In this document: piece after piece, positions 13,235-25,213 of the stretch
Layout: every line of letters starts with the position of its first letter
Position numbering within the stretch: position 1 is the stretch's first letter
Assembly: GCF_902652985.1 (NCBI RefSeq)
Contig: NC_047017.1
Span: 41,788,001 to 41,852,000, forward strand
From: Pecten maximus
Taxonomy: Eukaryota
Length of the DNA: 64,000 nucleotides
Direction of reading: 5' to 3'
Position numbers and translations under genes: made by a program
Notes under the pieces: generated by a model
Database searches by the model: none
What the model saw: the letters and a program-made list of their open reading frames with translations, nothing else
Told to the model about the DNA's origin: nothing

Positions 13235-15405
13235 GTGCTCCAGTACACAAGACTTATTCGGGAGGAAAAGTTAAGTCATCTGGGCGTGTTGGAAGTTCAA
13301 GTCCAACTCAACAATCCACACAAGTGTTTAGACTTGTTCGTAGTTAAACATGGTGGTCCATCATTGCTTAGAAGGGGTTGGTTTCGCAGTACCAAACTGG
13401 ACTGGGACAGTGTTAAGATGATCATCGTTTTGAGTGGTTCTAAACCCTCAACAGCTCGAGAAATACTTAGAGGTTTTCAAAGACGAGCTAGGCACCTTGA
13501 AGGATATCAAGCACAGATAAAGGTCAAAGAGGAAGCTCACCCAAAATTCTGCAATGCACCTACTGGTTCCTTTCGCAATAAAAGAAAAAGCTGACAGGGA
13601 GCTGAACTGACTTGTCAAAACAGGTATTTCGACTACGATTTAACGGCCTAAGCTATACAACAGCACTCACATTTGTTGTAATTTAAAGGTCACAATCAAT
13701 CAAGTTCTTAATATCGACCAAAACCTACTACCAAACATCGATGAAATCTTCGCGACACTGGTTGCTGGTCAATATTTTACGAAGATCAACCTGAAAAACA
13801 CATATCTACAAAGGATAGTGCGTGAGGCTGGCCGACTATACCGGACATAGCATCGGCTCTAGGGATACCCAGTGATCACCATTGCCTGTTTTAACGTGGC
13901 GGCCCGCCACCCTTAGCTGGGTACCGCCACGCTTACACAACCAAATTCACTCGATCCGCCACGCATGTAATTGTTACCTAACACCCCTATTTTGTATCGA
14001 TTTCAAGCGTTTCTATAGCGTCCGATACTCATTACCTATGGCCCCTGTTTTTACAGGTGAACTAGGCCTAATTGACGAATTGCGATCTCGGTTAGTTGCC
14101 TCACCGTTATGTTTTGATACGGTCGACTGATCTCTTGATCACACCTATATCGATGGTGATAATTAATTAATAGTAGGTGTACTGTTCTGACCATGGGAAC
14201 AGATGTGATTGTATGGTTTCAGTCGATCGGGACATCAGAGAAAATGTTACCATCGTCTACATCGGAAAAACCGACGGTCCGATAAGATTCCTTTTTTTTC
14301 ACAAGAATTAATATTCAGCTGGGATAATCAAACTAATAATATCAATACCTAAGCCGATGTTTGAGAAGCATAGATACATTTTTGAAAACTTTATGGCAAT
14401 GTCACCATGAAGAGAGGAGTATCAGCTCCTTTTTTGGAACACCATGTGAACGACATGCGATCGCGACAACCGATCTAGAAAACCTGCAGCCAACAGACTG
14501 AAATCTGATACATCGCGCAAGCCACGTGCACGGCTACAGAAATGCGCAGGGTGTATGAAGATGACCAAGGTAAGCTTACAATTAACCTATATTTGATTTG
14601 CTAGATAATGATAGTATTCTAATGAATATTTCGTGCATTGGTTTTCTTGTCACGTGCTATTTTAAGAAAGTACTATTAGAGTGATCTCCCTTCCAAAAAC
14701 GATCTCAAAACGTCCAATAATATAAATAATCTCAGAATCATTCCTAAATCTCTGTATTTATTATTTCATAAGTGTTATCTAGGTATTTGATTTTCTTTAA
14801 TAATTATTAAATAAAGATAAGTTAATTAGCACCTCAAGTATATACAATGTAACATGTACATTTGTAATGAATATGCACTAATTTGATTATATTTGTTAAA
14901 ATATAATTAAATTGTTTTTTTGTTTTTGTTTTTTTTCCAAAGATTTATTGATGGTTTTAATTGTTTTGCTTATTACAAATTTGTAGGAATAAGAAGTTCA
15001 TAATTATAATATGGTAATGACCACAATAAGATTCATTAAGCTTTTCAAAAATATTTATTTATCTATTTATTTATCTATTTATTTATTTATTACCACCAGC
15101 AGGAACAGGCTCTCTCAGAGGACTAAATCAAACAACATAATTAAATCTCTATTCTTAATGTCATAATTGATGATGTTTCTCGAAACGTCGCACCGCGAGG
15201 CTGCATGACATCCACAAAAGTACATGTTCAGAAAAAATTGTCAAAAAATTTTCCTCCACCCATCATTTTGAAATTGTGGTGATCCCTGGATACCGATATC
15301 TTAGTCCTACAAGGTGTACCACGTGTTTAATGCTTCTTAGACGACATGATCGGCACGACAGATGAAGAACATGTGGTAAAATTAGAGAGAATACTTCAAT
15401 TATTA
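13235..15405 (+). pseudogene. Decayed Ty3/Gypsy pol remnant (protease-RT), split by the insertion at 13870-15288
   Basis: Frameshifted peptides LGVLEVQVQLNN..LFVVKHGGPSLL(R/G)RGW, AQIKVKEEAHPKFC, PLPNIDEIFATLVAGQYFTKINL and LDDMI..TTDEEH. Uninterrupted counterpart at 43180-43925. Confidence 0.8.
13870..15288. mobile_element. Non-autonomous TIR DNA transposon, hAT-like, about 1.4 kb
   Basis: Absent at the paralogous site (about 43810). TIRs CAGTGATCACCA / TGGTGATCCCTG match at 11 of 12 positions. GATACC is duplicated on both flanks, possibly an eroded 8-bp TSD. Confidence 0.7.
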
Positions 15406-15510
15406 CATTCCAGTCCATGTTTCCGCCGAGTGTTGTATCGTTACATTACAGTCCATGGTCATCTTCTCAACCATTAACATCCGGTCATCTTCTAAATGCT
15501 CCACATCCGG

Positions 15511-18500
15511 TCATCTTCTCAACGATCTACATCCGGTCATTTTCTCAACGATCCAGTCCGAAATAAATTCAGGAAGAAAGTAATAGACTTTAGCAAGAAC
15601 CTGTAAGGGTGATGCAAATGAATTAGGAATCACACAGAATCAATCATATGACATTGCAATATAGTTTCGCTATGACGTTGATTTGGCATCTCGATTATGC
15701 TTATGAGGAGCCTCATGTGTAGTTGTGAAAAAATACCATAAGCCTCGTACATGTTATGTTGAATGTGTTAAGTTATCAAGTCAGTTATAGTGAGACCATG
15801 GATGGTGTTAAAACCTTACCGCTAGCTTGTCCACGACAGAGAAGGATCCCCCGATCATATAGCGGGCCTTTGGTGTTACGTTAATAAGGGAATCCTCTAT
15901 AGCGTTAATAACCGGATCTGCTGACATGGTCTGGATCATACTTGGCTCTTTCTTCTTCGTCATTTGGTAGATATCATCAAAGTATGGACGACCGTAGGTC
16001 TGTCTGACGTCATCAGATGCTTGTTCCCACATGTAGTCTATCTCCTTCTTTAATCGTTTCAGCTGTTTAATATGGGAATGTTACATTTTGCGTTCCTACG
16101 TATATTCATTTTTGAAATTATTTAAAAGATATTAAATATTTCACATCATTTACGTCACCTGTGGATTACATTACATTTTTTTGGTTATATATATTTATAT
16201 ATATATACATACTTTGTTTAGATATTTATACATATCTGATAAACTTTGCATTGAGAACCAGAATGCTTGGTATAATGAAATCAATTAAAACAGCTTTATA
16301 TAATGCTAAACAAACGAGGTCACCTGTTCTGGGCCACATACAGATGTGGCTGCACTAAATTGTCCAGGTTCAATGATTGAGACGTTGACACCAAACTTCT
16401 TCATTTCAAGTCTGAGGGAGTCACTCAGGGTCTCCATACCATATTTGGTAACACTGTACACGGATCCACTGGGCCAGGAAAACCGACCCCTCACGCTAGA
16501 CATGTTAACAATCCGGCCTGGAAACAGAAAATTAGATTACATAATGTTAATCACGGGGAAAGTGAAATAAGCCTACATTTGCAGACGCTCATTAATTGCA
16601 GGACCTAGCTGTTTATCCGTAAAATCGTTTCTATGTAAATATATTACTTTGTCTCTATTCTAACATAAAAACACTGACTTGACGCATATTTGTCTGTTTT
16701 TTTTTCTAATCATAAGAAAATACTTACCTCTGGACTTCCTGATAAGAGGGAGGAATGCCTTGGTGACTCGGATCATGCCGTATAGATTAACCTCAGCACA
16801 TTTCTTGTATTGATCCACAGTCGCTAACTCGACGTCGCCGGGAAAATACATTCCTGCGTTGTTGACAATAGCCCACAATCCTGATTAAAATACCCGAATA
16901 AAATAATTTAGTAATATAACTGTATATATTTACTACCTACAGTTGAGTGTAGACTAAAGGTTACACCCAAGAGCACTCCGAGTGCACTCCATTTGGACTT
17001 GGAGTGCACTCCGTTTGGACTCCAGGTAAACTTGGAGTGCACTCCAAGTGGACTCCGAGTCTACCTGGAGTCCTATAAGATACCATGTCTACCCCAGTTC
17101 TATAATCAGACTATATCATACATGTATTAATACTTTGATGCTCTTTTAATATAATTTACATATATAAATAGATTTTTACAAATTACTTTTGTTCTGTTAA
17201 TATTACTATTCACATTTGTTAATACATGGTAATAATGCCTACATTTTAAATTTATATTTATCAAGATCCATAAAAGACAGTTATACAATTTATGCCATAA
17301 TCAGGTTTCTATGAAAGTTAATTGCTTATTATTTCATATTTTATTAATGTGTAAGTAAATTGTATTTCATTCTATTAAGGAATTGAAAACGATTTCAATT
17401 AGAATATTTATTACTGTACATATATCATGACTGTAAAGGAAGTTTAGATAATGTATCTATATTATGTTATTGATTATTCAAAATATTGAAAATTAACAGT
17501 AGTTAATGAATTATGTGTTTTTTTTATAAGACATTCTCTACATATATGTACTCAGTTAGGCAAGTAATTATATAGATCATTAGAAAAATATACATTTACA
17601 ACTGTACATATTTACGAGCATTACCTGGTTAAATTAATGTTCTGACATAATGTACACATACGTATGTAATTCCGGACTACCCATAATGTATCTGTTTATT
17701 TGCTATTATTATTGGTCATGCATGACTGACTCTGGCCTGACACACCTGAGACCTGTGCCAGGTGAGTTTTAGGAGCCAGCTACAGATACTGTCCTGGGTT
17801 CACAGAAATACCTATGTCAATTTTGTCACTGTATGGCTTCAAATGATGAAGCTGTGCAAAGCAGGGTGTGTTATAACCTCAGGCCAACTAACAAAACAAT
17901 AAGATTATTTCCTGACTTGAAGAAAAGGATTGTAGCTCTCCATCTGAGAGGCCTTAATCAGACCAAAATTACATGTATAAACGAAATACCAGTGTAATTA
18001 GGTGGAAATGTAAAGATAAGCTGTAAAACCATTAACAAATTGGTTAACAGGTTTAAGAAGACCAACTCTATTGAAATGAAGTCATTCTATACTGAAATTA
18101 GAAAGTAAAAATAAGCTGTTTCTTATTACATTGTAACCTGTCTAAACCGCAAGTCATTGAGACCAAACGTATTGGCCGGTTTCTGCAGGTGTCCGGTATG
18201 TAGAGGTACAATGTTGAATGATATAAGTTCAGAAAAAATTAATGCAAATCAAATTAAGAAATGATGCAGTTCTTATCTTGTTATATTCAAAATAATAAAG
18301 ACATGGATTTAAAAATTTATTGTAAAGAAAGAGATTAAAGTAAAAAAAAAAAAAAAAAAATTTCAGTGTTATTCCAAATGGTATAATGAATGCAAATTCA
18401 CCATTTCCCAAAATCAACCTATAGCCTTATACCCGTAATTAGTACACATTGTTCTCGTCCAGGAAATAAGATTATAGATTCAGATTCAGATATGTTTATT

Positions 18501-19686
18501 AGAGTGTCACGTATTGATACATAAAATATACATAAAATACAAGCATAATTTCATTAAAAACGTTAAAACGCATCAACACCCAGCCATATTTGGCTTATGA
18601 GACACTACTACAGTAAAATCTTGAGTGTCAATTAATATTAAGACTTATTGATAAAAAGGTTTGTCTTTGGTACATATCAAACAATAACCTGGCGACGTCT
18701 TTTTGCAAATTATCTTCTTTCATAAGAAATATTAATTTATCTTTGCTGTTTAAAGCATTAAAATTCTGTAAATTAGCTTCTGCTTTATTAAAAACTAAAA
18801 GTCCCAAGTCAGAGTAAAAATCGCAATCAATAAAAAAGTGAGTTTCATCCTCATCCTATAGAGTCTGAGGTACAATTTGCTTCAGGGCAGTTGGACACAG
18901 CAACCTATGTACCATTTACCTGTTGGAACTACATGTACATCGTTTTCTATTCCCATTCAGTCAATATCTATCATAGTATGTGTCACTCATACATTGTATG
19001 TAATAGATACAGGTCATGAATGTACAATGGTTGTTCAAGCCTATTATAAAATCATAAAGTTAAATGTTCAACTTTAGAAAAAAATGACATAAGGCCAGCT
19101 GCAGTTGGTTTATGGAATGTTTGATAAGTATTTACTTAACTCAAACATGAAAATTGTATTAATCTATGTTGATTTACATATTGACTTCTAATACTCTTAA
19201 AATCTATACAGACTTACATTATAATATCAAAGACATAAAGTAATAGTACCAGTTTGAATTTTTTTTCCAAATATTTTATAATAATGACTTATAACTGTTT
19301 TAATAATACTGTAATAGGAATGGATAATCATATCATTTCAAAAGTGTCAGATATCGACAGTCACAAGTCTGTACCTATATTCTATATGACCTTGATATAG
19401 GTCAGCCTGAGTTTCCTCTAGCCCTGACACCATACCAGACATGGTGCCAGGGCCAGAGGAAACTCTGGCTAGGTAAAGGTAAGGTGTGATGACCAGTTTC
19501 CATCTAACAATTAAGGGGGTCTTTATCTAGTTAGATGACCGTGTGTACACCTGTCCAAATCTTCACACCTTACGAGGTAAACATGGAGGAAGGGGTCATT
19601 ATTGGGGTCAGTGTAAGTCTGTCTTTTCTCCACACCCCTGTAATCATGCTTGATACAGGTATATATTGACCTGGAAGTTGGGGGGT

Positions 19687-19733
<47 letters not shown>

Positions 19734-22700
19734 GTATCTTATATAACTGTTAAAAGAACTTCATTTATGACCAGGATTTAATGAGGCAGGTGTAACAAAA
19801 CAAAGTTGGTTTACCAAATGGAAATGTATTAGTTTGATGTTAATGTTTAATCTGTAAATCAATATTAGACATTGGATCCGGAATATGCTATCAAGGTGAT
19901 GAAAAACCAAAAAAATCTTTTGTATTGTATGTTAAGATAAATTTAAACTGTTGGAAGAAAAGTATTTGAAATATTAAAATCAGTAGTACTTCGAGTACAA
20001 GATATTTCCAGTACACAATCAAACTCTACATTTTGAGAGACCACAAACAACTTGCCAAATAGTTTTTGTTTATTACCAATTTCTATTAATTTACGTGGCT
20101 TGTTAAAACTCTTCAAATCAAAGGAATGTTATCATACATTTTTCAACGAAGTGCCAGATCTATTCATTTTTATAAGGTTTACTAATAGAAAAAATATCTT
20201 ATATTAGATATTGTTAGTTAACCAACTAAAAATAAACCCACAAAATAATAAGATGATATACAAAGAAAAAATAGTAACACTTATCTTATTGTTACATGTT
20301 TAAGGAGTCTAAATGTATAAACGTATACATCTATCTATAAACATTATGTATATATGTACTTGGTTACAGGTACATGTGATACATATGGACCCAGGTAGGA
20401 TCCCAAGTTTACCTGGAGTCCAAACGGAGTGCACTCCAAGTCCAAACGGAGTGAACTCGGAGTGCACTTTGTGTAACCTTTAGTCTACACTCAACTGTAT
20501 GTACTACCATTGTTTAGTACTCCCACTACTTGTATAAAACTTATCAGTTATTTGTTTTTTTTTAAGATATGGCAGGAGTCTACTTACTGTAAAAACTAAA
20601 AGATCGGCAACTCGCCACAAGCGAAACTGCACCCCACCTCACTTCAATCGACTAAACAACACATTTATTCAAACTGACACGGCTCATATTGCATACGACC
20701 GTCATCAAGAAACATTTATCTTTAACCTACCGTGTCACTCGATGCGATTTGTTTACATCCAAAACACAAAAATTCGTAAAAACATCGCCGAAGTCGAGAG
20801 AGTGCCAACTCTTCAATCACATACATGTAAGCCTAGGCCTTTCATGCTTGAAAACTTAAAAGAAATGGGAAATGGATAAGCACGCTTTTGTCACAAAGTT
20901 TACATTTACATGATTTGTATCTCGTCAGTTTGCTGAAATCATGACAAAAAGAGAGAAAAGTATATCACAGATAAGACTGGCATCAGCTTACTTCAAATAA
21001 GTGAAGTAAAACATTTACCAACATGGCTTACCCCAGAACTCTTTATCTTTTTTTCCATAAATGATTACAAATATCATGCCGTCACATACGAAAATCATTC
21101 TTCAGACATGTTTATCTATTAAATAGTCGTTTGAACTGAGGCCTGCATCAAGTTTGAGTATTTTGTATACTTTTTATTGTTATTTTCATTTTGTTCATGT
21201 TAGGCCTCCCAATTATTTATGTAATTACATAAGTGCTTATTAAGTTGAATTGAAAATTGCCCAACAACTTGCACGTTATTTAGTAATTAGTGATCTATCT
21301 ACAATTTTTTTAAGGAGACCTTTTCAGCTGTGTTGTTGAAACAATGAGTCCCACAATGTTAAAGTAAGGCATCTCAAGACATTTTTAGATTCTTATAAAA
21401 ATGATATGAATTCTTATGTCTTTCCGTGATTATCAAAATATCAAGGATGAGTTATATTCTAAAGCATTTTATTTTCTTACTTATCATAGTATAAACTAAA
21501 TACAAAATGTATAATTGTGTCATTTATTGTCAACAACGTCAAAGAGTTAAGACTTGATAGAGTAATTTCCGTAATATTACTTATTTATGTAATTCCAATC
21601 TTTGTATATCACACAAAAATGCATCACACTAAAAAGGATGGAGGTCAAATTATCAAATAAAAAAGAACGAAAAAAATGTGTCATAGCAAATAAAATTAAT
21701 GGTTGCATAACGCTTATTTCCAAACTACAGTCAATGTTCAACCGGCTTAGAAAAATTAGTGAGGAATCTGGACAGGCTGGGGGAATGATGTCCTGAAGGA
21801 GGAATTCGGCGTTATTTCCACAGATGATTGTGTTTTGCATGTAAAATTTCGTATTGAGCGACACGGTAGGTTAATGGTGAATGTTTTGTGATGGCGATCG
21901 TATATAGCATGAGCCGTTTCAGTTTGAATATATGTGTTTTTAAGTCAATAGAAGTGAGGTGGGGGTACCATTTAGCTCGTGTCGGAATTGCCGACCTTGT
22001 AGTTTTCACAGTACACAGACCATTGCCATAGAAAATAAATAAACAAAAAAATTATATGCAAGAGTCTGTGCTCTCTACTAGGATTAACGCTAAGCATATG
22101 TGCATATGAGAGAGAAAAAGTAAACTGCGTTGTGTGTTTATAATTATACATAGAACAAATGTGTATGTATTGAAAGCCCCTTTACGCATAAATTATGGCA
22201 AACTACAAAAAATATGTCGCATGCGCTCGCTTCTTGTTAGTATCAATAGACAACTATATCAACAAGGTTTTTCTATTGCTAAGTAATACTAACCAAACGC
22301 ATGTAAATAGATTAAATGATAGAACACATCCTCGAAGGATGATATAATGTGAGAATCAATACTGTAGTTTTTTTTGTAAGAACAATTTAAACCAGAAAAC
22401 GCCCCACTGCTTACTTGGAATCTCTAATTCGGTACCCCACGTTTTATATGTTAACGAGCCACGGAAAATATGTCATACACGCGTGTGCAGATTGCTTTGT
22501 ATTAATGAATGGCGGATCAGACGTACTGGTTGCTGTCGCGAAAGGAAAGGAAGGATTGGGCATTATCACAACATCTGCGATTTCAGATTCAATGTCTATC
22601 TATTAAAAAAAACGTGAAAGGTCACAATGAATTGGTAGTGGATGGTTTCGGCATTTGATAAACAAACCCATGCTTCTATGTTTACATCTGCGGATGTAAC

Positions 22701-24880
22701 ACGGCGTGCACAAGATTTGTAAAGTTATATGTTTATTACATATTTTATCTATATTGTTGACGTAGCAGAGCAGATTTGACAGAAATCAAATTAAGGTAGC
22801 GGAGTATGAAGTTTAACTTCATAAAATTTTATATTAGCAAAAAAATAGCTAGCTCTTAAGTACTTTACAAGCACGGACATACTATTGCACCTTGTCCGGT
22901 CCCGGTGACGTACCTGTACTCTAGCGCGTGTTTGACGTGCGGACATTATATCATACCTTGTCCAGTCGCATTAACATACTCCAGAGCCTTTTGGACGTCG
23001 TCATCTTTAGTAACATCCAGCTTGATCACATGAAGCCGGTCCGACTGACGTGCCTGTAAAACTTTGGCCCCCGGACTTTCCTTGCTGAGGACCCCGGCAT
23101 ATACTGTATACCCCAAGTCGTATAGTCGCTTGGCAAGAATGTGACCAAATCCTAATTAACCAATATTGAGTTAAAAAAAATATAATTAGACATGAATGAC
23201 AATGCAAACTCACAATAACACATTAAAGACTATGCAAATAAAGAATTACACAAAATATACTGTCATTATCAATTATGGCTTTTTTCATCATTTGAACTAA
23301 CAATTTGCTTTTCTAATTGGTCAGATCAATTTTCATCATACACTAAAGAACGCCATAAGATATGTACATATATGTTTACGTTTGATGCCATGCGACATGT
23401 TCAATATGTTTACGTCATTGATTCCAGTTCCACACGTCGTTCACCATAAAAGTTTAGAACACATTGCAGAAAAACCTTACCCTCTAGATAAAACTGACAT
23501 AACTACCCTATATATTTCATTGACTCCAACTCTGTCACCCGAGTTATGAAGTGAGAAATGAAGCCGTTAAATACAAGACCTCAAGTAGATCTAATCATAA
23601 AATCATGTCACTCAATATAAACAGGTATATAACGCACTACATAGGAAGCCGAATATGTAATATGTAGGACATAATGTCATGTATTACATACATTTTAATG
23701 AAAGCCTGAAAGTAAAATCATATAATTCATATTCATGCCTAACATACTACGAGGTAGATAACAATATTGGACCCTGATTGTGAATAGGACGCTAAACCAA
23801 ATAAACCAAACCAAATAGATAAATGACGCCAACATACACCCTTTGTAGATATGACCGCCCTTACACACTTGATATGTATCCTACCCTATTACTACGTCAC
23901 GCTTGATATTATCTTACCCTATTACTACGTCACACTTGATCTGTATCCTACCCTATTACTACGTCACACTTGATCTGTATCCTACCCTATACTACGTCAC
24001 ACTTGATCTGTATTCTAGCCTACTACTACGTCACACTTGATCTGTATCCTACCCTATTACTACGTCATACTTGATATGTATCCTACCCTATTATTACGTC
24101 ACATTTGATGTGTATCCTACCCTATTACTACGTCACACCTGATCTGTATCCTACCCTTTTACTACGTCACACCTGATCTGTATCCTACCCTATTACTACG
24201 TCACACTTGATATGTATCCTACCCTATTACTACGTCACACCTGATCTGTATTACTACCCTATTACTACGTCACACTTGATCTGTATCTTACCCTATTACT
24301 ACGTCACACCTGATCTGTATCCTACCCTATTACTACGTCACACTTGATCTGTATCCTACCCTATTTCCACGTCACACTTGATCTGTATCCTACCCTATTA
24401 CTACGTCACACATGATCTGTATCCTACCCTATTACTACGTCACACTTGATCTGTATCCTATCCTATTACTACGTCAAACTCGATCTGTATCCTACCCTAT
24501 TACTACGTCACACTTGATCTGTATCCTACCCTATTACTACGTCATCACATATCTGTAGATTACGAGTAATGAAAAAAAACCTTGTTTTTTTGTATCGATG
24601 ACTATATAACAAACAGATGAAAACTGAAAACATTAACACTTCCAAGACGAGAAGCAAACTTCTGTGTTATTCGGATTCTGTGTACTGCCTTACCTGTATC
24701 ACAACCTGTGATGACTACGCCCTTTCTGCCGATGTCCAACTTCTTCCGGAAATTGTTTCTGGTCATTCTTAATGCAAAGTAGACCAGTGAAATGGCCAGC
24801 AAATATTTCCAGTAAATAAACAGAAAATATACATTCAGTAAAAGTAAATATAAAACGCATGTGTTCTCTAACGACAACAT
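15511..24880 (-). CDS. Short-chain dehydrogenase/reductase, SDR9C type (retinol dehydrogenase / 17-beta-HSD / BDH1-like), copy A, 353 aa, 6 exons
   Basis: Exons 24880-24694, 23151-22957, 16880-16728, 16517-16324, 16062-15820, 15600-15511 total 1062 nt, all GT-AG, open frame. Hydrophobic N-terminal anchor, TGCDTGFG cofactor motif, LDVT, VNNAG, catalytic S (NMSS), YSVTK, IIEPG. Confidence 0.92.
16940..20497. mobile_element. Non-autonomous Tc1/mariner-like element, 3.56 kb, in intron 2 of SDR A
   Basis: Perfect 27-bp TIR CAGTTGAGTGTAGACTAAAGGTTACAC extended to about 95 bp by GGAGTGCACTCC-containing repeats; TA on both flanks; no transposase ORF. Confidence 0.85.
18479..18856 (-). mobile_element. 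5'-truncated LINE (CR1/L2-like) 3' end
   Basis: Absent from the paralog (about 47000). 6-bp TSD TATAGA. Minus strand encodes EDETHFFIDCDFYSDL (C-terminal His/Cys motif of LINE ORF2), followed by AATAAA and a (TCTGAA)n tail. Confidence 0.8.
20568..22030. mobile_element. Old foldback/TIR element with about 230-bp diverged inverted repeats (paralog at about 48706-50409)
   Basis: 20568-20795 aligns with the reverse complement of 21805-22030 (shared CCCCACCTCACTTC, ATTCAAACTGA.ACGGCTCAT, TTAACCTACCGTGTC). Confidence 0.6.
23865..24545. repeat. 34-bp minisatellite (TATCCTACCCTATTACTACGTCACACTTGATCTG)n, about 20 copies, intron 1 of SDR A
   Basis: Tandem units visible; the same array is in intron 1 of copy C (63243-64000). 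Confidence 0.95.
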
Positions 24881-25213
24881 AATGGAGTATGGGGCGCTGA
24901 TAAGTAGGTCTGAAACAAAAGATAGGGACTTGTTTAGAGCACGATAGATAAAACACACACACTACACCGACATGTTATCTGTTATCAGTGTACATTGTAT
25001 GTTAATGCGCAAGGTTACGTTAGCACATATGCGAGTACATGATCGCACGTTTACCTACACTTTAGTGACTTAAAAAAAATCAGGCTGACAGGGTCAAAGT
25101 CAATATTTTCAGCAATGCCAATCCCATATTTATTGATAGAAAACTAGTAACTACTTTTCTAAACGGACCCTGGATCAAACATTACGAAAATGTTAAGCAT
25201 GGATACACCGCAA

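Larger units (their letters stand above)
8420..23010 (+). repeat. Segmental duplication, copy 1 (partner 38198-52925)
   Basis: Collinear, highly similar sequence from the 60-bp satellite to the 3' part of SDR exon 2, differing by point changes and copy-specific insertions. Confidence 0.9.

Noticed and set aside
19678-19731. Long G run (also 47825-47891; C runs at 6054-6072 and 12126-12175) as functional G-quadruplexes
   Set aside because: Most lie in transposons, they differ between the duplicated copies, and they are prone to slippage and sequencing error.
22417-22601. Exon-like segment with AG/GT boundaries in SDR intron 2 (also about 50822-51010)
   Set aside because: Stops in all three frames on the gene strand; no support as a coding exon.
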